Shown one piece after another: positions 41,675-55,432 of a stretch of 64,000 nt of DNA. A program made the position numbers and the translations under genes. Below the pieces are notes generated by a model. The model made no database searches. It was not told where the DNA came from and saw only the letters and a program-made list of their open reading frames with translations. The stretch is from Octopus vulgaris (lineage: Eukaryota): assembly GCA_951406725.2 (NCBI GenBank), contig OX597823.1:88226001-88290000 (forward strand), written 5' to 3'. Numbering within the stretch: the first letter of the stretch is position 1; each line of letters opens with the position of its first letter.

Positions 41675-42290
41675 ATTCAATACGTATGCCTTAATTGTTT
41701 ACCACGGCCGTCACACACCACCTGAAGGCATCATAACTCTTCCTGAGGAAGTACTTAGACATGTTGTCCATTTCCTCTTTCAGGATCTCCTTAAAATGAT
41801 CAAACCTCGGAAGCGAAATTCTGTTGGTAGAGTGCTGCAAGTTGGCTCATACGGCATAGTGCAGGGAAATCATGTTTGAGCCAGAAGAAAACTAAAATTT
41901 GGCAGGCCAAATGTCAGCAAGTTGCCTTTGCAATATTCCAGCACTTTCTTCGCCGTATGAGCTGGAGAACCATCTTGGATCCATACCTATTTTCCATTGG
42001 GGGTAGTTACACCGCAGCCAATGCAAAACCTTATAAGCGTAGGACGTTATAATAAAGTTTTTCAGACTGGAAAAATGGAAAGGGCTTTTTTTACCATGAG
42101 ATGCCACGACCCCCAGTATCATGTCTTGAGCTGTGGGCTTGGTGCTAAAGACGCCCTTTTATTTAGAAGGTGACATAGCAATGTTTCGATCGTTGCGGCG
42201 TTTTAAAATAGCATCAACGGTAAATATACTTTCATCTTTTCGATTTTGACGGTTTGTCCATTGTGCTTCAGGTACAGTTGACCCTTCTAT
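41675..42290 (-). mobile_element. Degenerate maT/DD37D-like transposase fragment
   Basis: Minus strand DESIFTVD, MILGVVASHGKK, WIQDGSPAHTAKKV and LHYAV* motifs with stops and frameshifts. Confidence 0.7.
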
Positions 42291-42319
42291 GTCTTATGAA
42301 ATGAACGTAAACCATATAT

Positions 42320-42458
42320 AAGGTTGTCCCAAAAGTTTGTAGAAAGTCTTGGAAAATAATGGTCTTTATTTTGAGGAATAAATTTTGTTGTTTTTGTTAG
42401 TACTTGGCGAGTAAAAATTTAATTTTCGCAAGTGTTTATGAACTTTTGGGACAACCTA
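42320..42458. mobile_element. Tc1/mariner-type MITE (about 140 bp)
   Basis: TIR AGGTTGTCCCAAAAGTT / AACTTTTGGGACAACCT with TA flanks. Confidence 0.8.
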
Positions 42459-44059
42459 ATAGTAGGCGAATGGCTACTTGTATTAAAATAAATCGCTTAT
42501 TTTTCAAAAAGGAACCAAACTCTTAGTATCACTAAGTAAAACAGAGAGAATATAACATCAATTAATAACACATAAAATTATATCCATTCTAATGTGAGAA
42601 AGCTTATTTCTGGTAGCATGTAACTTAAATGTTCCAAGCATAGTTTTGCTTTATAAGATCTCTTCTCTACAGCAATATATAAAACCTGACCACTTCCCTC
42701 CAATATTCTTTTAAACTACCGCTAGTAGCATTACCATGCGCATATCCAGCTGATTCTTTGACAAGAAGTAGTTAATTGATACTGGCAATAATGTAGTACG
42801 ATTCAGTCACTTCCAATCAAGAAAGCAATATATATAGAACTGTAGTGATAATCACGAATGTAAAATTAACAATATATTTATTCAATGTTATAAACCTCCT
42901 TATAGCATAAACGTCCGTCCATGGGTTTCCAAGAAATTTTTATAATATACATACAAATATTTACTCATAGGCCATATTTATTATAAGATATGAAATTAGC
43001 GAATTTGATATAGCCAATTTGAGACACTTAGGCTCTAAAGATTTCGTTGTTTCAGTTGGAATTATAAAGAGAGAACATTAGTAATTAGTGCATTTTTCCT
43101 CCTTTAAAATAATAACGCCATCCAAAAGACCTATTTCAACATCGATTAAATATTAAAACACCAATATGCACCAACCGATAACTCCTTGCGACAAGGTACA
43201 GTTTGACATTCAGAAAATCACATTACCTCTTCGGTATCCAAATACAACTGGATTTTCAGGATGATGATTATAAAACTTAGGTAAGTCGAGCCCTTATAAA
43301 TCACGAGTGATCCTACAATAGCCCTCCATTAACAAATGTGATACATTCTTCTCGACTAAGATGACATGTTATAGTCACTGTTTTCAAACTTTGCTTTAAA
43401 ATATGAAGCAAAGAAATTGTACATGCCTCTATGTGTTGGGGAATGTCTAGCAACGGCCTGGCTATGATGAGAGTCACTAATATCCAACAGCATTGGTTTA
43501 ATATGCATTACTAATAGTCATATAAACAGAAATAACATTTTCACATAAATAAACAATAAAACCTTCTTAATAATACCCATCACGCGGGCTTAGATGTATT
43601 TATACGTATGAATGAGTGAAAAATATTATAGTTATAGCTGTATCCTGCATATATATTTGAAGATATTAATGCGGTATGATTTCAAATGCTTTTTCACCAA
43701 CCAATCAAATCACAATGTATAGTGATGTAATCGTATTGTGATGTCTTTCAAATTATTGTTCATGCGTAATATCGAGTCATTTACCTACTTCGGTGGTTTA
43801 AAGAGTCAGTAACGTAAAGCTTAAATTTATGCTTTATTAAGTTTAAACTTCACATAAAATAAATATATACAAACTATTTTATGTTTTAAATACTCTTCCT
43901 CGTTTACAAATACAAAATAAACTATTACCAACATTTGAATATGTGTGTGTGTGTGCGTAGATGTGCGCACGTATGCATGAAAGATTCAAGATAGTGTATT
44001 TTGGTTTTGTGTGTGTAACCACGCGTGTATGAGTGTATATGCGCGGATGTACTTCCTTG

Positions 44060-44136
<77 letters not shown>

Positions 44137-44636
44137 CGAAGACAATATATTCTTATTTATATATGTGTAAGAAGAAAATTATATATCTATATATATATAT
44201 ATATATATATAATATGTATGAATGCACACAGTTGATATTTGTTTCAGTAGGGAGAAGTATGATAGTGTATGAAATACGGAAACGCGATGATTTATATATA
44301 AAATAGAAACATATGCATATATTTGTAAAGAGAAGGATATATACACCGATGTGATAGTGCGCGCGTGTGTGTGAGTTTGTGTATATACGTGTACATCAAT
44401 ATTTGTTGAAAATAACATGGAATCTAACAGACCCTAGAGTATAAGAGTATAAAACAATATATTGATTTATGTTAGCAAATAAAGGATTGTACATGATATT
44501 CCGATACTATAAAACCCACACAAAACTGATAGATAAAGCTGATATCGAATCAAATAAAATATCATACGCTGTGGATCACAAAATACGCATTTCATATGTT
44601 GTGACAGATGCTGATGTACGCAAGTACAAATACTTG

Positions 44637-44692
<56 letters not shown>

Positions 44693-45945
44693 CTTACGCA
44701 TGTTCATACATGCGTACATGTATACATATATCATACATATATATTCGTGTGTGTCTGTGCAGTTATTGTATATGTACATATGCATAGTACATGCATGTAC
44801 TCATATATATACAAATATTTTTCCTTTCAGGCCTACTGCAAGGAGGAAAAATTTTGAACAACATTTTAGATGGAGATTTTATTTTTACAAAAATAATTGA
44901 TCAGAGGACCTTAACATGAACAAATATAATCTGAGGTCAAACAATTTCGATCTACTCAAACTTTTGCTTCGAACATATGGAAACAATATATTCCTGATTA
45001 TTGAAAATAATCAATTTCGTCACAAAGCTAAGCCGTACCTATCTGATTTTCTTCCATGATAACAAGCAGTTTAAGAGCAATAATATGCATTTCATATCGC
45101 AGATATGGATACGGATAGATACGTGAAAGAGTGACAGAAAAAAGTATCTAAATACGCGTATTATACAACCGATACGCTGGCATATCTACGACCTCACATT
45201 AAATACTATCTCTATATTTGCCCAGTATAATATAGCTACTGCACTGGGTACTAAAAAATAGTTTAACACCACAATAAGTAAATTTCATTCAAACTCTACC
45301 TCCACGAACCATCTTTTGCTCTTTGTTGTGTGGACGCCCCCAGACGATGAAGTAAGCTAGCCCAATACGTAGATATAGAGGGAGAAGCCTAGACATCAGC
45401 AGATTAGAACAGTAGAGTTGCAGTTGAGTGAAGTCGAGTAGAGGTAATCCGAACGTGCGACATAACGCAATCTTTAGAACAACACTAAATATATTAAAAC
45501 CCAGTATAAATTTATTCTTTCTCATTCCACACTAAAGAGTATATCGCCTCAACAAGTAAGCCCTTTCACACCGTTACCTTTTCAGCATTATATCATTATT
45601 AAGAAAATCACAGATGCTACACTGAACTATTTTTTACAAAAGTCCTGTAAATGGTGGTACATGGAGAAGGGATAAATATTCTACGCTAGATTTATAACAA
45701 CTTCTAAAGAATCAGTTTCTTTCCTTCTTATTTCTGTTTTCTTATAGTTAATGGTCCATCTTCGTTTCTAAGGATACTATAGCGTAATGATACACTTGCC
45801 TTTCTCTGAATCTCAACGTCTATCTATCTACCTATCGACACACATACACATTCTTCTATTTGTTTATCTGTCACCCTATCGGTATAGATATCTTCTTTTT
45901 TGTTTTTTTGTTAACTCTCTATATAAGAACTTTCATATATATATA

Positions 45946-46087
45946 TCACGTGACCGACCAGACCATCAGATGTTACACATCGCTGGTCACAATGCGTTCG
46001 TATTGTTTTAGTCTTCGAATGACGCCATCCCGCTGGCTAAGAGAGCAGGCCAACAGAAGAAAGAGTAAGAGAAAGTGTGGTGAAAGA
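45946..46087 (-). mobile_element. SINE family C, 3' fragment
   Basis: Matches the reverse complement of about 10862-10987. Confidence 0.8.
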
Positions 46088-46254
46088 TATATATGTGCAT
46101 ACGTGTATACTCACGTATGCATATATATGTGTATGTGTGTGTATATATATATTTATGCGTATACGTAACATTGAATGTACAAAGGATGTAATTACAATAG
46201 GTTTTATGACTCTCTATAGTAGTTTGCATATAACTCCAGCGTATATTTGTTTCA

Positions 46255-46413
46255 AATTCTGGGACAATTCGGGGGAGAGGGTACGTTGATTGTTGACGCT
46301 GAAAGGATGATTAGTAAAGTTGACCTCTACGCAATTTGAACTTAGAGTAAAGAGACGAAGGAATGCCGCCAAGCATTTTTCCTGTGTGCCTAACATTACT
46401 TCAAGTTCACCTT
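46255..46413 (-). mobile_element. SINE family A, degenerate
   Basis: GAAAGGATGA..AATTTGAAC..AAGCATTT..GTGCCTAAC motifs. Confidence 0.6.
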
Positions 46414-46491
46414 AAATCACGTGTATATTAACTTATATTTATCTCTCCTCGGAAGATGTAACTGTTGGTTTACTCAATAACTAAATAATGC

Positions 46492-46530
<39 letters not shown>

Positions 46531-46707
46531 GACACCCTTCGGTCTTGAATGATCATGGGATTGCTCTTAGGATGTTCCCCTCCAAGCCACAAGTCCGGGC
46601 AATGTTGTTTAAGTAGCCCATCAATACCAGCCTCGCCCCTCCATACCACCTCTTTTGTCCAGTTGTCCAACGGTTAAGGCAAAGGCCGATACAGATTGTC
46701 ACCAGTG

Positions 46708-46751
<44 letters not shown>

Positions 46752-47949
46752 ATGCAAATGTAAATACATGTATGTATAAATATAAATATATTAGACATAA
46801 TTATGAATGAGTTTGAAAACGTGTATACATGTAGATGTCGAACATATGCGGTTCTGTATGTTTATATATGTACGACGAGTTATATATAGATATATAACTC
46901 GTTAATATATAACACTCTAAACATAATATTTCTCAAGGAGCGGGGTATGTAAGAAGTGAGCAAAACTTTTGTTCCAAAGTAGAGTAGAAAATATATTGAA
47001 GCCAGCCGCCATCACGCTTTTATTCTCTTTCCTCAGTGACTTTTCTAATCACTTAAGCATGAAATATTTCTTAATTCTAAAGAAGGAAAATGTTGTGCTT
47101 CGGCCGAATCTATTCGTTTATCTATCTGTTGAAATACTTGTCAGGTGATAAAGACCTATGGGACTGATTGAGCCATTTATCATCCAAGATATAATCCCTG
47201 CTTTTGTGAACCACAATTCGATTTCCGATGTACCAAATACACGCAATATCTTATGTTGTGTATAAAACAAGATTCTAGTTTTGCCGTTAAAAAACCTTGT
47301 TATCCTTTCAGTAATGCATTTTATCATGAATGCCATTACAATCTCCTAGTAACATAGCGTATTTATCATGTAGACCCGTCACTAGTCGTTGATCATGCAT
47401 CATTATGACTGTTTTATGTTCACGAAAGAATTCTTACTTTACTCTTAAAGTGATGTATTTTCTTTTTCTGCTTCTAGAAACCCTGAATTATTTTTCTCAC
47501 CTCTTTCGTATCTGTTATATGACAATATGTGAAACTATTTCCCTATTTGCTAGACTTTGCTTTAGTTTTGAGATATGACGTTAAAATGGCCGCATAGTCA
47601 TAAACATCAATTATGAATATATTTCGAAATGTAGCTAAACATGCACTTTCCATTACTGTCAACATGCTAATGCCAAGTGAATACACAGTAACTATGCAAT
47701 AACGAACACACTGAAGATAAAACATATTTCTGTTCTTAGGTGTTTCAATTATTGCACTACAGTCATTCTGGTGCCCTGCCTTGAAGAGTTTCTTAGAAAG
47801 ATGCACCCCCCAGCACATACTTTTTTGAGTGTTATAAATATACCATCCGAGTCTTTTGTCGAACTACCTATTAGGATATTGTAAACAAACCAGCATCGGT
47901 TTCCAGTCAGTTATGTGACGAAAATATACACACGCTCTCATATATGGAC

Positions 47950-48425
47950 CCATTTACTAACTAGAGACCTAAAAATTAACAACATCCTGAAAGCGCATAA
48001 ACTCATCAAATGCAACACAAATCACTAAAGAAACCGCTAACTAATGCGAAGCATTACACAACAACCACGAAATCAACGGTTAAAAATGTGGACGACCAAA
48101 CTGTGGAACATGCCCCAACCTACTTGAAGGCTTGGATTTCCTTTTCAAACAAGGAGAGAATTTCACAATTAAATCCAACTTTACTTGTGCCTCTGAGAAC
48201 CTAATTTATGTAATAACCTGCTCGGGTTGTGGATTATCACTATATAGGAGAGACTAATATGACATGGAGACGGATAACTACTGTAAATAAAGAGCATATC
48301 AGGTACCCGCAATACAGACATATTAGAGAAATTTACAGGTAACATCAAAAGAAATTTCACAGTTTTTCCCTTCTACCAGTGTAAAGATACAATTCATTTA
48401 CAAGAACGCTTAAATGAAGAAAATT
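47950..48425 (+). mobile_element. Degenerate Neptune-type PLE GIY-YIG fragment
   Basis: Frameshifted CGRPNCGTC..FTCASENLIYVITCSGC..YIGET..EHI. Confidence 0.75.
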
Positions 48426-48581
48426 AACAAGGTGATTTGTTCGACTAAAGCCCTTCAAGGCGGTACCCCAGCATGGCCGCAGTCTAATCTCTGAAGCATG
48501 TAAAAGGTAAAAGATAAATTATATACGTCAGTACTACGAATCAACTATGAACCATCTACAGGATCCTTAGACCTGATAGAA

Positions 48582-49748
48582 AAGAGGTTCTCAGCCAATT
48601 TTTATGTATGGACCCCTTTGATTATTATTTTATTCTGCTAAACCCTCATAGACATTCGATGTTTAAAAACTAGTTTTATAGATACGTTTTTCAAAATTCA
48701 GATTTTGCTTGTTACGAATTAACTTGGGTAAGTTAAACTATGTAAAAAGCCCGAAGAAGAAACCTAGTTGCATTTTGCATTTTTACCCCAAAATAATAAT
48801 GCGTGAGCAAAATCGTAATGGGTATTTGGCGGCCGCTTCCTTCATGAACATGCACAAAGTTTTCCTGTCAGTAGATTGAGCCATTCACCTACAGTGGGGC
48901 GTTGCGTACAGACATGTAGTGTGTCCTGTGCGATTTTTGTTTTTGAGTCAAGATGACTGAGCGCATTGAGCAAAGACACCGTATCAAATTCTGTCAGGTT
49001 ACCAGAAAGATTCAGAAGGCTTTTGGAGATGATGCTATGAGAAAAACACAAAGGGCTGGTTCAACCGGTCCAAAGGTGGTCTCGTTTCAGTGGACAGTTA
49101 GCCACGTTGTGGCCAGACAAGTAACAAAAGAATACTACCTGTGTATTCATCGTCACCTTCGTGAAGTTGTGCGGGAAAAACGACACGGTTTGTGGACACC
49201 AAAAAGAACTAGCAACTCCACCCTGATAACGCACCCGCTCATTCCGCCCACGTCGTCCAGTCATTCCTCGTCAAACAAAATACACAACTTGTTCGTCAGG
49301 CATCCTATACCCCAGACTTGCCTCTGTGTGACTTTTGGCTATTCCAAAAGCTAAAAAATCACTCAAAGATAGAAGATTTGAGTCAACATGATATTAAATA
49401 AAATTCGTCGGCACAGCTCCACAGCATCTCAAAATGTGATTTCCAGAAATGTTTCCAGCAGTGGCAGGAACGCTGCCCGAAATGTGTAGACTTACAAGGC
49501 GAATAATTTGGAGGTGACTAAATCAAAATGGTGACTTTTTAAAAATTGTGTTTTTGGCAAAAGGTCAGAATGTTTTTTGACATCTCGTATATACCAATAC
49601 ATACATCTCAAGCAACATTTTGTCAGAGAAACTTAAAATATTATTGTGCACTCCCAAATTACTATTTTCTTACATGGTCACCCCCCCCCAAAAAAAAAAA
49701 ATTATATGGACCCTCAGGAGCCACATAGACCCAAGTTAAGTACCACTG
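48582..49748 (+). mobile_element. hAT MITE containing a nested mariner remnant
   Basis: Ends AAGAGGTTCTCAGCC / GTTAAGTACCACTG; 8-bp flanks TGATAGAA and TGCTAGAG (6/8 match). Left part homologous to 177-360. Confidence 0.7.
48800..49587 (+). mobile_element. Internally deleted mariner transposase remnant
   Basis: MTERIEQR..IKFC, DNAPAH, YTPDLPLCDFWLF and CFQQWQER motifs; right TIR ends ..GACATCTCG-TA. Confidence 0.85.
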
Positions 49749-50404
49749 TGCTAGAGCTAAAAGATAAATTTCTGTCAAGTCAGGCATTATTGTCTTAATA
49801 AAACCTCAGTAGTAGTAGTAGTAGTAGTAGTAGTATCGCGCCACATGGCATATTTTGTAGATATTTCTGAAATAAAATCGTGGCTCCTACTACCATTCAA
49901 CATTGTTGTATGTATTCCTTTGTAATTGTGTTCTTGCTATTCCAGTAATTAATTCCAAAACTATCCTAAGGCTGACATTTGAACGAAAATATATTGTGCC
50001 GTAAAATTACGCAAAGTAGGCTTTACTTCCTCTCGTATTCGAATTATAGATGTCTTTCATCTTTAGCTTTGAAAGCAATAAAAGACGACCGACATCATTA
50101 AATAGTTTGAATGTCCGATTCAGGATTATATAGATTTAATCATTGTCATTTACTTGCTAGAGTAAACACTGACAGTGATTTACATAAAACATCATTTTAA
50201 ATGTGTTTTGCCTTGTATTTTTTTTTTGTTTTTTTGCTGTAAGCCAAACTAGAAAAATGTTTAGATACGTGTGTGTGTGTGTGTGTGTTTGGGGAGAAGA
50301 TAGAAGCAGAGTGGTATAATAGCGTGGGCTGCAGAAAGGTAATTATGTATTTACTTAAGATCATTTACCATGACTACTGCTGTTCTAAGCGCAATAAATT
50401 AATG

Positions 50405-50570
50405 GCCGTGTCGCAGTGCTACGGATTATGTGCTTCGATGAGCCTGGGAGCTATATCAGCGGAGTGCAATTTCCTTGTAGGGCCCTCCATACTGGTCAGG
50501 TCAAAGTATTCAAACCAGAGAAATATCTTATCCCAAACAAAAATGGTTTTATGTAGGGTCACACGCCAAT
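50405..50570 (+). mobile_element. Possible RTE-clade LINE 5' UTR remnant
   Basis: TGTGCTTCGATGAGCCTGGGAGCTAT..GTAGGGCCCTCCATACTGGTCAGGTCAAAG..CCAGAGAAA resembles RTE 5' ends as I recall them; not verified. Confidence 0.4.
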
Positions 50571-51265
50571 CTACAAAAATTAACATCAGTTAAAATTCAA
50601 AACCTGCAAGACCCGGAAAAGGGAAGTCAGCGCAGATTCGTGAACAGCGGAGAAATATCGTTGACGGTCTATGTTGCACAGAAAGCAAAGGCATTTAACT
50701 ATGTTAGTAGCATTGTTGCAAAGGAAGTATATTGGCCGATCATGTGGAGAGACGAATGATATTCATTGCGAATTACATTATTTACTTTTGACGGATATGT
50801 ATCCTCATCATGTTTGTTGTCACCACAACGTTTCCCTTGATTTACTCTCTAACTTTCATCATGTGTTCTGGTAGACTTTTGTAACAACAAGCAAGGTGTG
50901 GACACATATCCGTCCAATGTAAATAATGTACAGAATACTTAATCTCTAAAATATAGAACATTCATTGCGATGTTTAGTCACCTGTATTTACATTCCCGTT
51001 TCAAATATCATCGAAATATTTTACAGTCCTTGTTTCAAATCCATTTGAGGGCAAAATAACTTCGTGAGCGATAATTGCCGAAGAGCAATATACACTCCCG
51101 ACACGCATTCACTTGTACGATTAGGCAATTACGAGATGTGGGTTTTTCTTATGGATCTGTCCAAGCCATGGGAGCTGGCTCATCGTTCAGGAATATTCTA
51201 TATCTGGAGCTAGGGTAGATCTTCTGATCAACGTGTGAAGACGCTCAGAATTAAGACACCTAATC

Positions 51266-51480
51266 AAGTTAGTAAGCTAGCAGAATCGCTATCACACTGC
51301 GCAAAATGCTTATCCATATTTTATCCGTTTTTACTTTCTGAGTTCAGATTCAGCCAAAGTCGATATTACTTTTCATCCTTCCGGGGTCGATAGGATAAGT
51401 ACCAGTGAAATATTGGGGTCGATGCCATAGGCTAGCCACCTCTCAACTTCATAATTTAGCCCTTGTGCCAGTATTTAAAA
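51266..51480 (+). mobile_element. SINE family A, degenerate
   Basis: AGCTAGCAGAATCG..GAGTTCAGATTC..GGGGTCGATAGGATAAGTACCAG. Confidence 0.7.
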
Positions 51481-52977
51481 AAATTATTATTATTATTATT
51501 AAGTTCATTTGATAGAAAATATATAAAAATATTTAAAAAACTAGTGTTGAGCTCTCAATAAAATAGATCTAGTTTTTGGCCTTGTGACAATATAATAACG
51601 TACTATTATTTCTGTTCAAATTCAATCATTTATCATTCTCCCCTGTGGGGTTATAAAATCGCTTATAAATAATACACAAGTCTCTATGTAATTGACAATA
51701 GTCGTTCCCTATAAATGTATTACATTGTGCCAATGTATGAAATCACTGCAATTAACACCATCACCTTCACCAAGACAGATCATTGTCTGATTTCCTCTTT
51801 ATAACAGTTAGGACTCGAATGTCGATGTCGATATTTTTTCAAATATTTTGTGTGGTTTATTTTCTTTTTTTTTAGTGTGTGCTTTCTCTTTTTACTGCAC
51901 AGACAATATAAGTAAATGTTGACAGCTGTCCGATCACCTAGCACTATTATGATGAAGTATACGTTTAATATTTTTCATAATAAAGTTTAGATTGCTAGAA
52001 CGTATCGGAAATTTATTTTCCGTCTAAAAATTACTTGAGTCGTCGACGTGTATAAATTTCAGACGTCAGCAATAATTGCAAAAATGATTTTTATATGGTT
52101 AAACATGGGGAATATATATAAGACAAATATCTTCGAAACAAACATTGATTCCGTATTTACGTCTTATAAATCGTATATTCTTTATTACTCATGTTTGTAA
52201 ACTACACGTAGCACTTAGACTCGGTCTTTCTAATCCATATACATAAAGCAGAGAACATTAAACTATATTTCACTTGATTGACGTGGAGGTTATATTTTAT
52301 GGACGTGATTGCGACGTATTTTCGATTCGTACGGGTATTGTTTAAGAGTTTCGTTGTCTATTTAAAATCGTATTTGAATTAGGTATTTATAGAGAATGCT
52401 GAAGTGTCGTCTCTGGAGAAAATATTCTATTCGCTAATTGTTAAATCAAGACGATGGAAAACCAACACCATTAGTTCAGCCATTCAGAGGTTATAAATTC
52501 AGATTTTTCATTAGTATTTTCTTATTTATCGTTCTTTCCATCTCCACAGATATCATTGAATCATAGAGAAAAGAAAATTAACGATAACACAAATGTATAA
52601 AAGACTTTATATTCGAATACTTTGCAATACTCACGAAACACATGAAGGAAAAGTTATAACGGGACTCATTAATTCACTGTCGCACTTTCACATGAAGTAA
52701 CTTTGGATAGAAGAAAATTCAAACTAGACGGAAAATTCGATGATATTGTTCGATCTACCACAAATGACACTCAAGCACTCCGAGAGAAATAGAAGGCAAG
52801 AGTTGTTTTTTTTTTTAAATTAAGAAACACAAGGCAAACTGTAATGACACCTACACAAAGACACACACACATGCACATAAATATACAAAGAAACACACAC
52901 AGAAATACACACATACACTCCCACCCTACCGTCATACACGCTCACACACACACACGTACATACATATATATATATAC

Positions 52978-53008
<31 letters not shown>

Positions 53009-53065
53009 GTTTAAAATGCAACAATGACCCCAAAAAGCTATGACTCTAAATACGTTACGCACACA

Positions 53066-53126
<61 letters not shown>

Positions 53127-53199
53127 CATACTTATGAATTATTTCTTAATTGTAATTTTTACTATAAAATGGGTATGTGAGGAAAGCTTTTAGTATGGA

Positions 53200-53460
53200 G
53201 TCTCATTTATAATTTGATTTTGGCCCCATCAGCTTCTTGAGTCGCCCAGAAATTGCGTCAACTGATTTCACCAGAAACTCTTGAGGAACGGAAGACATAA
53301 CTTCTGATATTCACCATTCAAGTTCTTCCAAAGTCTTCGGTTTGGTACAGCAGATGTGTTCCTTTAACAAACCCCAAAGTAAGAAGTCACAGGTTGTTAA
53401 GTTAGGACTTCTTCCTGGTCACTCATGCAGACGACAATGACCCATCCATCTCCTGGGAAA
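53200..53460 (-). mobile_element. DD41D (rosa/Visitor)-like transposase C-terminal fragment
   Basis: Minus strand FPRRWMG..PGRSPNLTTCDFLLWGLLKE..KPKTLEEL. Confidence 0.7.
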
Positions 53461-54013
53461 GTAGGAATTCAGTCATTTGTGAACGACATGAGCAATACAA
53501 TTAAAGAACATATATATATTTATATATACACGGAGTTAGTACGGCAGGGATCATCATTGGTTGTACGTGTCACTTCGAATAATTCCAATTTATCCACAAG
53601 GTTTTCGTCAACCGGAGCCTTACGTACAGTGCACATGCCGGAATGCCGGAGATTCCACACAGTAGGATCGAACTGGCGATCTCATGACAACTAACAGAAA
53701 TGTAACCACGAATTAAGCTTCGTGACTGTTAAAACATCTTTCATCACATGTCCTTCATCCAAAGTTCGAAAAAAAGACATCAGTTCTTATATGCAAAAAT
53801 AGCTTAATTCTCTCGCTCTGCGAATAATTGAGCTCGCTTAATATAAATATAATTTCGTAATGAATCATAATTTACCATACACTATCAACATTTTTTCTCT
53901 CTCTCTCTTTCTCTCAGTTTATTTATCTATCTATCTATCTCTCTCTCGCTCTCTCTCCCTTTCTCTCCGTGTAACATGCATCATTTACATTCAGCAAAAT
54001 AATCGAGAATACG

Positions 54014-54341
54014 TATTTCTTTACTACCCACAATGGGCTAAACACAGAGGGGACAAACAAGGACAGACAAACGGATTAAGTCGATTATATCGACCCCAGC
54101 GCGTAACTGGTACTTAATTTATCGACCCTGAAAGGATGAAAGGCAAAGTCGACCTCGGCGGAATTTGAACTCAGAACGTAGCGGCCGACAAAATACATAT
54201 TTCTTTACTAAGCACAAAGGGCTAAACACAGAGGGGACGAACAAGGACAGACGAAGAGATTAAGTCGATTATATCGACCCCAGTGCGTAACTGGTACTTA
54301 TTTAATCGCCCCGAAAGGATGAAAGGCAATGTCGACCTTGG
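54014..54341 (-). mobile_element. 5'-truncated dimeric SINE family A with an 11-bp TSD
   Basis: Two tandem units. TCGAGAATACG occurs at 54003-54013 and 54342-54352. Confidence 0.88.
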
Positions 54342-55049
54342 TCGAGAATACGACCGTTACATCAATATTTGTTTCGCATATTAAGAAATGTTACAACTAC
54401 TATCACCTCATTGATTATGAAAAATAAAAATCTTCGTAACAAAAAAAAAAATCGAAGCTAGAATATCCACTGACATGTTTCGATAACATTTTATAAGATT
54501 TATGAAATCATTGAAACTACTTGCTTTTACAACAATGTACCTGAAGCTAGCAAAAATAATTACATTTATATAATTTCGAATATACAAAAACAGTATAATA
54601 AAGTGTTTCACGGCTTCGAAAAAGTTATAAAAAATATCAGAAAACAGTTGCTCTCAATGCAAGCTAGTTATAGGCTAGTTGTAATTTCATTTCAGCATTA
54701 TTTTTTTTAATGAAATTATGCAATTTGGAGAGAATGAAAAATGTCCACTTAGACGCAAGACAATAACGTATTCTATACTATACATTTTATTTGATATTTT
54801 CTATACAATTTATTCAGTGTTCATTCAAATTATCTCTATTTTTTCTGGCTAGATGTTTATTCTATGCAATAGAGATATCAAAATAAATTGTGCTGTTTAT
54901 TTATTGTTTAGAAGATTCAGTTTAACATGCGATATATGCATCCATTCTTCTATCTTTTCCACCGACTCTTCCTGAAAGGGTCGTGTGGTAGAAACCTGAA
55001 ACAGCTCATCCGTAGGGGCCTATCATAAGACTTTCTAGCTTCATAAACT

Positions 55050-55432
55050 AGCTGTGTGGTAAGTAGCTTGATTACGAACCACATGGTTCCGAGTTCAGTC
55101 TCACTGAGTGGCAACTTGGGCAAGTGTCTTCTACTATAGACCAAAGCCTTTTGAGTGGATTTGGTAGACGGAAACTGAAAGAAGACCGTCGTATATATGT
55201 ATGTGTATGTGTATGTGTGGGTGTATGTGTGTGTGTGTGGGTGTATGTGTGTGTGTGTGGGTGTGTTTGTCCGCCCCCAACAACGTTTGACAACCGATGA
55301 TGGTGTGTTTAGGTCCCCGTATCTTGGCGGTTCGGCAAAAGAGACCGAGAAGTCCTGGGGTCGATTTGCGTGACTAAATTCGGTGCTCCAGCATGGACAC
55401 AGTTAAATGAATGAAACGTGTAAAAGAGTAAG
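55050..55432 (+). mobile_element. tRNA-derived SINE family B with an internal (TG)n tract
   Basis: GCTGTGTGGTAAG head, GGTTCCGAGTTCAGTC box B, CCAGCATGG and GTAAAAGA tail. Confidence 0.8.

Noticed and set aside
54465-54520. Minus-strand CGAAACATGTC
   Set aside because: No CUGANGA core or stem partner upstream.
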